DNA from: an uncultured Bacteroidales bacterium
GTDB taxonomy: Bacteria; Bacteroidota; Bacteroidia; Bacteroidales; DTU049
Direction: 5' to 3'
NCBI GenBank assembly: GCA_964388575.1
Contig: CAYMAZ010000003.1
Span: 20,637 to 84,636, forward strand
Length of the DNA stretch: 64,000 nt
Below, piece by piece: positions 38,471 to 48,847 of the stretch (positions are counted from its first letter, which is position 1; each line of letters starts with the position of its first letter). The notes below the pieces were generated by a model. It was given only the letters and a program-made list of their open reading frames with translations. It made no database searches and had not been told where the DNA came from. The position numbers and the translations under genes were made by a program.

Positions 38471-39528
38471 AACGTACCGGAAACAGTGTCTTTCTGAGAA
38501 CGCGTAACGGATGACAGGACATTTATATCATGATTCATCCTTTTTAAACCAAGAAATGCAAATATCAGAGCTTCTTTAAACTGCACTGTCAGATCATCTG
38601 GTATAACCAGTCTGGTTTCACATAAATCATGTAACCGGCTGATCAGAAATAAATTGTAAGCTCCACCGCCTGTGATTAAACAGTTCTTGAGCTGATAGCT
38701 GTTCAGGACATCTGCAATCCTCAATACAGCATGTTCAGTATATGTACGTAGAAGATTTGTGGCATCGATTTCTGAATCAAGAAGCGGAATTATGTTATCT
38801 TCTACCCATTCACGACCAAGTGAAACACGTGTTAATGAATGATACAGTTCAATTTTCTCAAATTTTTCAAGAAGCTTGTGTAATAGATTCCCGCTGGAAG
38901 CAAGTTGTCCGCCGTTATCAAAATCAACACCTTTCCGTTTTGCCAGGGTGTTCAGAACAAAATTAACAGGACAGATATCAAAAGCAACAGGATCCATTTC
39001 GGGTTTCATTATTGTGATATTCGAAAACCCTCCAATATTCAGAGCTGCATCATATGCTTCGAACAAATGAATGTCTCCGAAAGGCACAAGCGGAGCCCCC
39101 TGACCTCCCAATGAAATATCCAGTGTTCTGAAATCACAGACTGTGTCTATTCCTGTCTCTGCCATAATATGAGCCCCACTTCCGATCTGAAGTGTCAAAC
39201 CCTGCAATGGCTCATGTAAAACAGTGTGTCCGTGACTTGCTATACATTCCGGATGAAACTGATGTGTTTGAAGAATTTTTTTTATTTCTTTTCCAATATA
39301 GGTTCCAAATTCGTTATGTAAAAGAATTAATTCTCGCACACCCAGTAAATGTGCTGTACCAAGTTTTTTCTTCCAGCTTTCATCATATGGAATTGTCGCC
39401 GCATGCTCAATATTATAATTATAACTTTCTTCACAGTGAAAGAACCTGCATAATGCAATATCCAGTCCGTCAAGAGAAGTTCCGGACATTACACCGACAA
39501 CATCATGAATACTTGCATCTTGCATCAT
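38455..39528 (-). CDS. anmK: Anhydro-N-acetylmuramic acid kinase
   Basis: 357 aa. N-terminal GVMSGTSLDGLDIAL and GGGAYN motifs, typical of AnmK. ATGA overlap with the murF stop. Confidence 0.9.
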   Translation of the reverse strand: MMQDASIHDVVGVMSGTSLDGLDIALCRFFHCEESYNYNIEHAATIPYDESWKKKLGTAHLLGVRELILLHNEFGTYIGKEIKKILQTHQFHPECIASHGHTVLHEPLQGLTLQIGSGAHIMAETGIDTVCDFRTLDISLGGQGAPLVPFGDIHLFEAYDAALNIGGFSNITIMKPEMDPVAFDICPVNFVLNTLAKRKGVDFDNGGQLASSGNLLHKLLEKFEKIELYHSLTRVSLGREWVEDNIIPLLDSEIDATNLLRTYTEHAVLRIADVLNSYQLKNCLITGGGAYNLFLISRLHDLCETRLVIPDDLTVQFKEALIFAFLGLKRMNHDINVLSSVTRSQKDTVSGTLWKSK

Positions 39529-40811
39529 AAATATTTTACAACATTTTCAAGTGTATTGGCACGTGAACCCTTAATAAGGATATGCATATCTGACATTGTT
39601 TCAGACTTTAAAAAATTCAAAAGTTCATCACAATCTGCAAAATATGAGAATTTTGAAAATTCATGCTTTAACATTCGGAACTCCTTCCCCACAAGGAGTA
39701 TCATTTCAATTTCAGTTTCTGACAGTCTGTTTAATACAGCACGATGTTCCTCTTCTGAATAATCTCCAAGTTCAAGCATTGAACCCAAAATGACACATTT
39801 ACGGGTTCCTGTTTTAAAAAAATCATCAAGAGCCAGGGTCATACTGGATGGATTCGCATTATAGGCATCCAGAATAACATGATTGTTCCTGTCAGTTACA
39901 AAAAATTGGCTCCTGTTATTTTGAGGGTAATATTCAGCGACAGACTGAACAATTTGTTTGGGAGGAATTTTGAAAAACAAGCCACATGTAACTGCAGCCA
40001 ACACATTATATATATTATAAGACCCGAACAATTGGGTAGGCTGAATAAATTTCTTTCCATCATACTGCCATTCCATCTTCATCAGGGGGGATCCGGAAAT
40101 GATGTTGCCCTGGATTTCCCCTGAATTTATACCGTAAGTTAAAACTGATGCCTCTGAAGCTGCCATTGAAAGTTCTTTATCATCTGCATTGACAAAAATT
40201 CCCCTTCCGTTGGCAATGATGTAGCGATAGAGTTCTGTTTTTGTGTTAAAGATTGCCTGTGGTGATTTGAAACCTTCAAGATGTGCTTTCCCTACATTTG
40301 TAATCAGACCGTAATCTGGCTGTGCAATTTGACATAAGAAATCAATTTCACCAGGATGATTGGCTCCCATCTCAAGAATCATCAATTCAGTTTGATGTCT
40401 GGCAGTAAGGATTGTGAGAGGCAATCCGATGTGATTATTCAGGTTCCCATGGGTAAAAGTCAGATTGAAACCTTCATGCAAAACACGAACGATCAGTTCC
40501 TTCGTGGTTGTCTTTCCATTAGTTCCTGTAATAGCTATGACAGGACATTTAAGTTGCTTCCGGTGATATTTGGCCAGGTCTGCCAAAGCTGAATAAACAT
40601 TGTCCACGAGAAAACATCCCGGCAAATTTGCAAGTTTATCATCATCTACAACTGCACAAGAAGCTCCGTTTTCAAGTGCTTTCAGGGCGTATGCATTACC
40701 ATCAAAATTTTCTCCTCTGAGAGCAAAAAACATCACGTTCTCTGAGATTTTTCTGGAGTCTGTTGTAACACCTGTTGAACTGAGAAAATGCTTATAAAGT
40801 GAAGCAATCAT
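39525..40811 (-). CDS. murF: UDP-N-acetylmuramoyl-tripeptide--D-alanyl-D-alanine ligase
   Basis: Starts MIASLYKHF..TTDSRKI. Contains ITGTNGKTTTKE (P-loop) and DAYNANPSSM. I moved the start to the Met at 40811, because the longer track ORF would run through a terminator and into gldJ. Confidence 0.9.
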   Translation of the reverse strand: MIASLYKHFLSSTGVTTDSRKISENVMFFALRGENFDGNAYALKALENGASCAVVDDDKLANLPGCFLVDNVYSALADLAKYHRKQLKCPVIAITGTNGKTTTKELIVRVLHEGFNLTFTHGNLNNHIGLPLTILTARHQTELMILEMGANHPGEIDFLCQIAQPDYGLITNVGKAHLEGFKSPQAIFNTKTELYRYIIANGRGIFVNADDKELSMAASEASVLTYGINSGEIQGNIISGSPLMKMEWQYDGKKFIQPTQLFGSYNIYNVLAAVTCGLFFKIPPKQIVQSVAEYYPQNNRSQFFVTDRNNHVILDAYNANPSSMTLALDDFFKTGTRKCVILGSMLELGDYSEEEHRAVLNRLSETEIEMILLVGKEFRMLKHEFSKFSYFADCDELLNFLKSETMSDMHILIKGSRANTLENVVKYL

Positions 40812-40845
40812 AGTCTTTTTCAAAAGATTTAAGGATGTGAAATTA

Positions 40846-40870
40846 CAAAAAAAGCCGGTTAAAACCGGCT
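40846..40870 (-). terminator. Rho-independent terminator after gldJ
   Basis: Minus strand reads AGCCGG-TTTTAA-CCGGCT followed by TTTTTTT. Confidence 0.6.
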
Positions 40871-40894
40871 TTAAATAATATTTTTTTTTCAATC

Positions 40895-42388
40895 TTACAT
40901 TCCAAAAGGACTTCCTACTCTGTCCATAGCACATCTAAAGCCAATGTAATCAGTAGAAAGCTCCTGATCAAGAAATCGACGGGTTCCGGGACTCATCCAG
41001 TATGCTCTGTCACGCCATGAACCACCTTTATATACTCTTGCTTTGTTATTAATCATTGAGCTGGCTCCATATTCATACATCAGCTTATTCTGCTTTTCGG
41101 GATCCAGATAAATGTCGTCATAATAAAAAATACTTGAAGCATAATCTCCATCAAGATAATCACGGTTGTCTGAATATCTGTAATTTCTGCGATGGGCTGA
41201 CTCTTCGGCAGTCACTTCTCTCCACTGGATGCGACCCAAGGTATCCTTTTCTGCAATGAGCCCGTCTTCATCAAGCACCTTTGTTGTGAATTGATTTCCT
41301 CTGAAAGGTCTGAAATCTGATCTGTCTTCATGACTTAAGGGACGATACACATCAAGTACCCATTCACTCACATTGCCTCCCATATGATACAATCCATAGT
41401 CGTTTGGCCAGTATGAATAAACGGGAGCCGTCACATCAGCTGCATCGTTCAGGTTTCCGGCAACACCCATATAATCACCTTTTCCTCTTTGGAAGTTTGC
41501 TACAAAATTACCCATATTGCGGTTGGCATCTGTTCTAAGCACATGACCATTCCATGGATAAATTCTTCTTTCAATAACGCGTTCATACAGTGTATTTCCT
41601 ATTAATCCAAGAGCAGCGAACTCCCATTCTGCTTCTGTCGGAAGCCTGTATTTGGGCAGCAACATACCATCTTCCATACGCACTTTTCTTGTGCCGGCAC
41701 CACTTGGATTCAGATCATAAAGGTCATTTCTCACAAGACCTTCATATTGTCCTGCAAGATAAGCATCTGTATTAAAGTTTTCATCATTCTGCTGATTTGG
41801 ATCCACACGAAGGACCCCTTCACGGATAAGAATGTATTCGTTCACACGGTCAGTTCTCCATGAACAGAACTGATTTGCCTGAACCCAACTTACCCCAACC
41901 ACAGGATAAAAGTTATATGAAGGATGTCTGAGATAGTATTCGACATAAGGTTCATTGTAAGCCAGTCTTCCTCTCCAGACAAGAGTGTCGGGCAAAGCTG
42001 CTTTCACAACTTCAGGATAATCAAGACCAAAAACTCTTCCCAGCCAGTAAAGATATTCCCTGTAATCAACATTGGCAATTTCTGCCTGATCCATATAAAA
42101 GGAAGATACTGTAACTCTTTTGGGGATATTGTCCCAGTCATAATTGAGATCCTGTTCAACGCGGCCCATGACAAATGTACCGCCTTCAATCAAAACCAAT
42201 CCTGGACCTGTTTCCTGCTCTCCGTAAGGGACTACTTCAAAGCCGCCCCATTTGGAGTCGTTGTAATACCATGCTGTTGTTCTGGATCTTTCTTTCCGAC
42301 AGGCTGACATCAGAAGAACAACACACATCAATAACAACACTTTTGTAAATAAACTGTGATTGTTTCCCATAACTGAAATATTATTCAT
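40895..42388 (-). CDS. gldJ: Gliding motility lipoprotein GldJ (FGE-sulfatase/SUMF1-like fold)
   Basis: 497 aa with lipobox LLMSAC. Contains WYYNDSKWGGFEVVPYGEQETGPGLVLIEGGTF and GGNVSEWV motifs. Its position next to murF and porU matches the Flavobacterium johnsoniae arrangement. Confidence 0.87.
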   Translation of the reverse strand: MNNISVMGNNHSLFTKVLLLMCVVLLMSACRKERSRTTAWYYNDSKWGGFEVVPYGEQETGPGLVLIEGGTFVMGRVEQDLNYDWDNIPKRVTVSSFYMDQAEIANVDYREYLYWLGRVFGLDYPEVVKAALPDTLVWRGRLAYNEPYVEYYLRHPSYNFYPVVGVSWVQANQFCSWRTDRVNEYILIREGVLRVDPNQQNDENFNTDAYLAGQYEGLVRNDLYDLNPSGAGTRKVRMEDGMLLPKYRLPTEAEWEFAALGLIGNTLYERVIERRIYPWNGHVLRTDANRNMGNFVANFQRGKGDYMGVAGNLNDAADVTAPVYSYWPNDYGLYHMGGNVSEWVLDVYRPLSHEDRSDFRPFRGNQFTTKVLDEDGLIAEKDTLGRIQWREVTAEESAHRRNYRYSDNRDYLDGDYASSIFYYDDIYLDPEKQNKLMYEYGASSMINNKARVYKGGSWRDRAYWMSPGTRRFLDQELSTDYIGFRCAMDRVGSPFGM

Positions 42389-42426
42389 TATTTACTATAA
42401 TTAACTTAATTAGCTTAAAAAATATT

Positions 42427-43434
42427 TTAAAAAGTTGGACAATTTATCGGCCTGATTCTTCTTGCTTTCTGAGGACAGTCAAACTGGAAAGTAAGTGAAA
42501 ATTCATGAGAGCCGCCTGTGGCATTTGACAATCTTGAAACTGTAAGATCATAACTGTATCCAAATTTGAAAGTCTCCTGTTGAAGACCGACAAGAAATAT
42601 CATTGCATCTGCATTGCTGTCATCAAAATTAAAGAACGGCCCGGCATGTCTGTACCATAATCCGCCTACAAAAGGATACTTGTTCAGATACAATCCAAGG
42701 TTCAATTGTTGAAAATTCTGCTGTTTCATATACATGATATTAGGAGACAGCGTTGTTTCTTCAACAGTACGTTTTCTCGCATTTGAATTTTCAATACTGA
42801 TAATTGTTCCCATATGTGCTGTGAGTCTGATAGGCATTCTGTAATATGACAGGAATGCTTCATTGGGTCTGGTAAGATGATGTGCAGCAAATCCCACAAA
42901 AAACTTCTCATGAGACATCACCATTCCCGCTGAAAAATCAGCAAGAGATTTTCTTAGTTCGTCTGGAAGTTGTTCACTGGTATTCTGAACAGGTCCCCAT
43001 TTGGGATCATACTGATCCGGAAAACGCAATTTGTCCCATTCAAGACTTCTCTGAAAATATGTTGCCTGAAGTGCAGCATTAATTGAAATTTCCTTTGATA
43101 CCTCCAGTCTGTATGAGTAAATCCCACTCACCTGGGTTGTATTCAGAATTCCTGCTCCTGCTCTGTCAGTGTTAACCATTACCCCGATTGCTCCGTTCAA
43201 TGCATAAATATGCTGATCATATGATGCATTATATGTTACAAATGTGCCGAGAATTGATGGCCATTGATTTCTGAAATTTAAAATCAATCTTGGGCAGATG
43301 ACTGAGCCTGCCATTGCGGGATTCAAATACAACGGATTTGCATAAAACTGCGAAAAATGTGGATCCTGTGCCTGACTCTTTTCAGCAATCAACAACAACC
43401 CGGCTATTAATAACATGCTTAATCTTTTAACCAT
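42427..43434 (-). CDS. PorP/SprF-family T9SS membrane protein
   Basis: 335 aa. AQDPHFSQFYANPLYLNPAMAG is the family signature. Confidence 0.87.
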   Translation of the reverse strand: MVKRLSMLLIAGLLLIAEKSQAQDPHFSQFYANPLYLNPAMAGSVICPRLILNFRNQWPSILGTFVTYNASYDQHIYALNGAIGVMVNTDRAGAGILNTTQVSGIYSYRLEVSKEISINAALQATYFQRSLEWDKLRFPDQYDPKWGPVQNTSEQLPDELRKSLADFSAGMVMSHEKFFVGFAAHHLTRPNEAFLSYYRMPIRLTAHMGTIISIENSNARKRTVEETTLSPNIMYMKQQNFQQLNLGLYLNKYPFVGGLWYRHAGPFFNFDDSNADAMIFLVGLQQETFKFGYSYDLTVSRLSNATGGSHEFSLTFQFDCPQKARRIRPINCPTF

Positions 43435-43478
43435 TTGCTATATGTTTTAAACAATGCTTCTCATTGAAATATTGGAGA

Positions 43479-43486
43479 CAAAAGTA
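43479..43486 (-). promoter_or_regulatory. Bacteroidota -7 promoter box (TACTTTTG)
   Basis: Plus strand reads caaaagta, 45 nt upstream of the ATG at 43434. Confidence 0.4.
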
Positions 43487-43556
43487 AACAAATTTCATTA
43501 TATACATTGAAAATTTTTCAAACTTTCAAAATTTATTTAAAATTTAAATTACACCG

Positions 43557-43583
43557 TACTTCAGATTTTATACTTCAGATTTT
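43557..43583. repeat. Tandem direct repeat TACTTCAGATTTT x2 (14-nt period)
   Basis: The copies lie at 43557-43569 and 43571-43583, in the divergent porP/porU intergenic region. Confidence 0.6.
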
Positions 43584-43663
43584 TAATTTAGTTACGCTTG
43601 GAGTGAATTTTTTCCATTTTTCAAAAATAATTTGTGCATATTTGCGTTTTTGTTGATACCACT

Positions 43664-46600
43664 ATGAAAATCCACTTTATGTTCAATTTGATCAGCAAAT
43701 ATTTTTTGCTTGCTTGTTTTGTTGTTTTAAACAACACTCCAATTTCAGCTCAGGATTTTACTGTTGCGATCAATTGGGGGGCTCTTAAAACAGTATCTTA
43801 TGAATCTCCTCACACAGCCAGGGCAATTTGGTTTGAAAATGCAGAATACAGATCATTTCCCACAATTCCATTATTTTCTATAAATATTGGTATTACTGAT
43901 CCGCATCTTGAAATCACTGCTGAAATTTCAGACGATGAATACATCAACCTGACCCCAGAAGAGATATTGATTGTTGAACAATCTGGGTTTAATCCTGAAA
44001 AAGATATCAAAATCGTTGTTCAGCATAAAACAATTCGGAAACAACGATTTTCTGAAATTTTGCTGACACCCTTCAGGATCAGTTCTTCTGACGGGACACT
44101 TCAAAAGCTGGTTTCATGTACAATAGAAATGAACTATTCTTTTGCTATGAACACATCTGATTCTCAGAAATCGAATCAAAAACAACTGAAAACCAATCAA
44201 TCTGTTCTTTCAGATGGAACATTTCACAAAATTTCTGTTACCCAACCAGGAATATACAGACTTACCGGACAACATCTGATAGATATGGGTTACGATCTAA
44301 CTGAAATTGACCCAAGAAATATCAGAATTTTCGGAAACGGGGGTCGTATGCTTCCTGAGGGAAACGATGTCCCGCGAATTGATGATTTGTATGAAAATGC
44401 TCTTTACGTCTTTGGTGAAAACGACGGTGTTTTCAATACCAGTGACTACATCCTGTTTTATGCACCCGGACCCAATTCATGGTCATTCAATCCTGCAACA
44501 GGTGAATATATGAGTTCAATCAACCGATACAATGATAAATCATTTTATTTCTTCAATATCGGAGAGAGTCAGGGAAAACGCATGAACGTTGTAAATCACA
44601 TGAATGAAACGCCCTCCAACACCACCGGAATATTTCTGGATCGTCTGACCTATGAAAATGAAACCTACAACCTGATTAAGAGTGGCAAGGAATGGTTTGG
44701 CGATGTTTTTGATCTGAGTCTGAATCAAAGTTTCAGTTTTGCACTCCCAAACATTCACGCCGATTCCTGCATTAAAGTCCGGGTGATGATGGCAGCCAGG
44801 GCATCGGGGGCAACCTCAGCATCTGTCAGTGTCGGGTCAGCTTCGACTAGTATCGGGTTTTCAGGAGTTACAGGATACAACTCTGATTATGCAAAACAGG
44901 GAACGGGTCTGATTTGCGCAACTCCATCATCAAACATCAGTGTCAGTATTACATATAATAAGAACAACCTTAATGATGCCAAAGCATGGTTGAACAAGAT
45001 CAACATTAATGCCTGGCGCAATCTGACAATGACAGGAAATCAAATGCATTTCCAGAATCCGCTGATTGATGACCCTGGAAATTTTGTCAGATATCAAATT
45101 GCAACATCAAATACAATCACTGTACTTGACATTACAAATCCTCTTGAACCATCAATAATTCAGGGAAATCTGAACGGGCAGATCTATTCGGTCATTGCAG
45201 AGGCCGATCAGGGAAAAGAATTTATTGCATTCAATGGTCTTAGTTTTCTGTCACCATTATTAGAAGAAAAAGTTGCAAATCAAAACCTGCACGGAATGTC
45301 AAACATTGACTATCTGATTGTTACTCATCCGTTATTTTCTGAACAAGCAAACAAAATCGGTCAATTTCACAATAATCTCAACGGATTATCCTTTGTAGTT
45401 GTGACTCCTCAAATGATCTATAATGAATTTTCTTCAGGTTCTCAGGATCCTTCTGCCATACGTGATTTTGTGAAAATGTTTTATGACAGAGCAACAAACC
45501 AGGAAGAAATGCCCAAATATTTGCTCTTTTTTGGCCGTGCATCATACGATTACAAAAACAGAATTGCTGATAACACCAATTTTGTTCCCACCTTTCAAAG
45601 CAGTGAATCTCTCAATCCCACCCGGTCTTATGCTTCGGATGATTTTTTCGGACTACTTGACAACGGAGAAGGTTTTGAGTGTAACGGGCATCTTGACATC
45701 GGAATTGGAAGACTCCCTGCAACAACAGTCGAGGAAGCTGAGAATCTGATGAGCAAAATTTTCCGATATCACGAAAAAACCAATTTCAACGATTTTGAAA
45801 ACACCTGCAATTTTATTCAGAACACACCCAACCTTTCCGACTGGAGAAACTGGGTTACTTTTATAAGTGATGATGGAAACACGAATCTGCATTTTATTCA
45901 GTCTGAAGGAATTTCAACAAATCTTGGTAACAATTATCTCCATCTGAACATTGAAAAAATCCATCTTGATGCCTATCCACAAAACAGCACTCCTGGGGGG
46001 GAAAGAGCTCCAGCCGTGAATGAAGCAATAAACCGCCGGATGCAACTTGGCTGTCTGATTATGAATTACACCGGACACGGAGGTGAAGTTGGCTGGGCAC
46101 ATGAAAGAATTCTTGAACTTTCCGACATCAACGGTTGGGAAAACCATTACAACATGCCATTATTTATCACTGCAACCTGTGAATTCAGCCGATTTGATGA
46201 TCCCGGAAGGATTGCTGCCGGAGAAATGGTCCTTACAAATCCAAAAGGTGGTGGAATTGCACTGTTTTCAACTACACGACTCGCATATTCTACGTTTAAT
46301 GAAAATCTCAACAGAAGTGTTTACAAAGTTGCTTTTGAAAATAACAACGGGGTTTATCCTACTCTTGGAGAAATTCTCAGTTTTGCCAAAACCGATAACG
46401 GTTCAAACGAATTTATTAGAAATTTTATTCTGCTTGGTGATCCGGCAATGCGACTCGCCTATCCTGAAAACAGAATCATCACAACATCAATCAACGGACA
46501 ACCTGCAGGCATTGATCCGGATACAATTTCTGCTTACGGCTTTGTAACTGTAGAAGGGTATATTGCTGATATTCAAAACAACAAGTTAACTGATTTCAAC

Positions 46601-47545
46601 GGAACCATCACACCGACTGTTTTTGACAAGGCTTCAACACTTTCAACTCTTGGTAGCGACTCAGAAAGTTTTCCTGCCACTTTTAAGCTTCAGAAAAACA
46701 TCATTTATAAAGGAAAGGCAAGTGTTGAAAATGGAGAATTTTCATTTTCATTTTATGTTCCAAAAGACATCAACTATTCTTATGATTACGGAAAAATCAG
46801 TTATTATGCAGAAAACGGGCAAACAGATGCAACGGGATATTTCAATCAGTTTTACGTGGGCGGCTCAGAGCAGAATAATACCGGCGACAACGCTGGGCCG
46901 GAAATAAAACTGTTTATGAATGATATTACCTTTACCGACGGAGGCACAACAGGTGAAAACCCTGTACTTATAGCCATATTGCGCGATTCATCAGGAATCA
47001 ATACACTCGGTTCAGGAATTGGTCATGACATTACACTTATTCCTGATAACTCAGGGGAAGTCATTGTGATGAATGACTATTACGAAGCAGACCTTGACTC
47101 ATACAGAAGCGGCAGGGTTATTTATCCTTTTCATAATCTTGCTGAAGGGCCACATTCTGTCAGTTTCAAAGCCTGGGATGTATTTAACAATTCTTCAGAA
47201 GCATATCTGACATTCTATGTTGCAGCATCACACGAAGCCATTATCAGGAATCTGATAAATTTTCCAAACCCGTTCAATGAGTTTACTGACTTCATTTTTG
47301 AACACAATCAATCCTGTGCTCCCTATGACATTGTGATTGATATCTACAATGCTGCCGGACAACATGTTTCACGTATTGAATCTGCACAGCAATCCATAGG
47401 ATACGAATCAGAACCAATTCGCTGGTATGGTTTATCTCATGACGGAAATCCGCTTGCTTCAGGCATTTATGTATATTCTATTTCAATGAAAACCTGCGAA
47501 GGAGGCACTGCACAAAGAAGCAGCAGACTTGTCATTATTAAATAA
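43664..47545 (+). CDS. porU: T9SS sortase PorU (peptidase C25 family)
   Basis: About 1293 aa. Gingipain-like His/Cys motifs NYTGHGGEVGW and FITATCEFSRFDD. C-terminal domain FPNPFNEFTDFIF...GIYVYSI. porV follows directly. The track start is a GTG ten codons upstream of the ATG. Confidence 0.87.
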   Translation: MKIHFMFNLISKYFLLACFVVLNNTPISAQDFTVAINWGALKTVSYESPHTARAIWFENAEYRSFPTIPLFSINIGITDPHLEITAEISDDEYINLTPEEILIVEQSGFNPEKDIKIVVQHKTIRKQRFSEILLTPFRISSSDGTLQKLVSCTIEMNYSFAMNTSDSQKSNQKQLKTNQSVLSDGTFHKISVTQPGIYRLTGQHLIDMGYDLTEIDPRNIRIFGNGGRMLPEGNDVPRIDDLYENALYVFGENDGVFNTSDYILFYAPGPNSWSFNPATGEYMSSINRYNDKSFYFFNIGESQGKRMNVVNHMNETPSNTTGIFLDRLTYENETYNLIKSGKEWFGDVFDLSLNQSFSFALPNIHADSCIKVRVMMAARASGATSASVSVGSASTSIGFSGVTGYNSDYAKQGTGLICATPSSNISVSITYNKNNLNDAKAWLNKININAWRNLTMTGNQMHFQNPLIDDPGNFVRYQIATSNTITVLDITNPLEPSIIQGNLNGQIYSVIAEADQGKEFIAFNGLSFLSPLLEEKVANQNLHGMSNIDYLIVTHPLFSEQANKIGQFHNNLNGLSFVVVTPQMIYNEFSSGSQDPSAIRDFVKMFYDRATNQEEMPKYLLFFGRASYDYKNRIADNTNFVPTFQSSESLNPTRSYASDDFFGLLDNGEGFECNGHLDIGIGRLPATTVEEAENLMSKIFRYHEKTNFNDFENTCNFIQNTPNLSDWRNWVTFISDDGNTNLHFIQSEGISTNLGNNYLHLNIEKIHLDAYPQNSTPGGERAPAVNEAINRRMQLGCLIMNYTGHGGEVGWAHERILELSDINGWENHYNMPLFITATCEFSRFDDPGRIAAGEMVLTNPKGGGIALFSTTRLAYSTFNENLNRSVYKVAFENNNGVYPTLGEILSFAKTDNGSNEFIRNFILLGDPAMRLAYPENRIITTSINGQPAGIDPDTISAYGFVTVEGYIADIQNNKLTDFNGTITPTVFDKASTLSTLGSDSESFPATFKLQKNIIYKGKASVENGEFSFSFYVPKDINYSYDYGKISYYAENGQTDATGYFNQFYVGGSEQNNTGDNAGPEIKLFMNDITFTDGGTTGENPVLIAILRDSSGINTLGSGIGHDITLIPDNSGEVIVMNDYYEADLDSYRSGRVIYPFHNLAEGPHSVSFKAWDVFNNSSEAYLTFYVAASHEAIIRNLINFPNPFNEFTDFIFEHNQSCAPYDIVIDIYNAAGQHVSRIESAQQSIGYESEPIRWYGLSHDGNPLASGIYVYSISMKTCEGGTAQRSSRLVIIK

Positions 47546-47578
47546 TCCTTCAAAACAATATTGATTAAAAAAAATCGT

Positions 47579-47586
47579 TAATTTTG
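47579..47586 (+). promoter_or_regulatory. Bacteroidota -7 promoter box (TAATTTTG)
   Basis: Exact TAnnTTTG ending 21 nt before the porV ATG. Confidence 0.4.
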
Positions 47587-47606
47587 CACTCTTAATTTCT
47601 GAAAAC

Positions 47607-48842
47607 ATGATCATCGGAAAAAAATTAAACCACCTGCAACAGATATTTACAGTATCTTTCATTTTCATTGCTTGCAGTTTTCGAATTTCTGCCCAGCCAA
47701 ATTACAATGAAATATTAGGACAGGATAAGTTGAACGCCATCACAACTTCTGTTCCCTTTCTTCTGATTGCACCTGATGCCAGAAGCGGAGCACTTGGAGA
47801 TGCAGGTGTTGCAATTTCTCCTGATGCAAACTCAATGCACTACAATCCCGCCAAATACGCTTTTGCTGAAAACGAATTTGGTGTTGCGATGTCATACAGT
47901 CCATGGCTCAGAGGTCTTGTCAACGATATCAGCCTTGCATATCTTGCAGGATACAAACGTCTCGGAAACGGACAGACCGTTGCTGCATCACTGAGATATT
48001 TTTCTCTTGGAGACATCATTTTCACAGATAAGGTTGGTGAAGTTATCGGACAGTTCAGACCAAATGAATTTGCAGTTGATCTGGCGTACGCCAGAAAATT
48101 TTCAGACAATATTTCAGGAGCTGTTGCCATCCGGTATATCAATTCAAATCTCACCGGTGGTATCTTTGTCAACGGGGCTCAGTCCAAAGTCGGACAATCC
48201 ATTGCTGCTGACGTTGCTGTGTATTATTCAAAAGAAATAAGCTATGGTGAAACTCCCGGATTCTTTTCATTTGGTGCAAATATTTCAAATATCGGTGCAA
48301 AAATTTCATACACAGAAAATCTTGACAAGGATTTTATTCCAATCAATTTAAAACTCGGACCAGCCTTCACGTTTAATTTTGATCAGTATAATACAGTCAC
48401 TTTTATGTTTGACATCAACAAACTGCTGGTTCCTACGCCCCCTGTTTATGCTCGTGACAGTCTTGGAAGACCGATTATTGACAATGACGGAAATTATGAA
48501 ATTGCAAAAGGTAAAGATCCTGATCGCTCCGTTGTTTCAGGTATGCTTGGTTCATTTTCAGACGCACCGGGAGGATTTGAAGAAGAGCTAAAAGAATTCA
48601 ACTATTCGGTGGGACTTGAATACTGGTATGATCAGCAGTTTGCTATTCGCGGAGGATTCTTCTATGAACATCCGCACAAGGGCAACCGTAAATATGTCAC
48701 TCTTGGTGCTGGCTTCAGACTGAATGTGTTCGGACTGGACTTTGCCTATCTCATCCCGCTCGAACAAAGACATCCCCTTGAAAACACACTCCGCTTTACA
48801 CTCACCTTCGACTTTGAAGCGTTTAAAGAACTGGGTAATTAA
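47607..48842 (+). CDS. porV: T9SS outer membrane shuttle protein PorV (LptO)
   Basis: 411 aa. Contains LLIAPDARSGALGDAGVAISPDANSMHYNPAKYAF. It is a beta-barrel lying directly downstream of porU. Confidence 0.87.
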   Translation: MIIGKKLNHLQQIFTVSFIFIACSFRISAQPNYNEILGQDKLNAITTSVPFLLIAPDARSGALGDAGVAISPDANSMHYNPAKYAFAENEFGVAMSYSPWLRGLVNDISLAYLAGYKRLGNGQTVAASLRYFSLGDIIFTDKVGEVIGQFRPNEFAVDLAYARKFSDNISGAVAIRYINSNLTGGIFVNGAQSKVGQSIAADVAVYYSKEISYGETPGFFSFGANISNIGAKISYTENLDKDFIPINLKLGPAFTFNFDQYNTVTFMFDINKLLVPTPPVYARDSLGRPIIDNDGNYEIAKGKDPDRSVVSGMLGSFSDAPGGFEEELKEFNYSVGLEYWYDQQFAIRGGFFYEHPHKGNRKYVTLGAGFRLNVFGLDFAYLIPLEQRHPLENTLRFTLTFDFEAFKELGN

Positions 48843-48847
48843 ATCAC

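Noticed and set aside
40812-40934. 41-codon N-terminal extension of murF that overlaps the gldJ 3' end
   Set aside because: The extension runs through the gldJ terminator hairpin. The MurF similarity starts at MIASLYKHF.
46083-46547. 154-aa alternative-frame ORF inside porU. Similar cases are 876-1310, 3864-4244, 26493-26909 and 49593-50003.
   Set aside because: Each is embedded in a longer ORF with strong family motifs, and their translations are compositionally odd. I treat them as frame artefacts.
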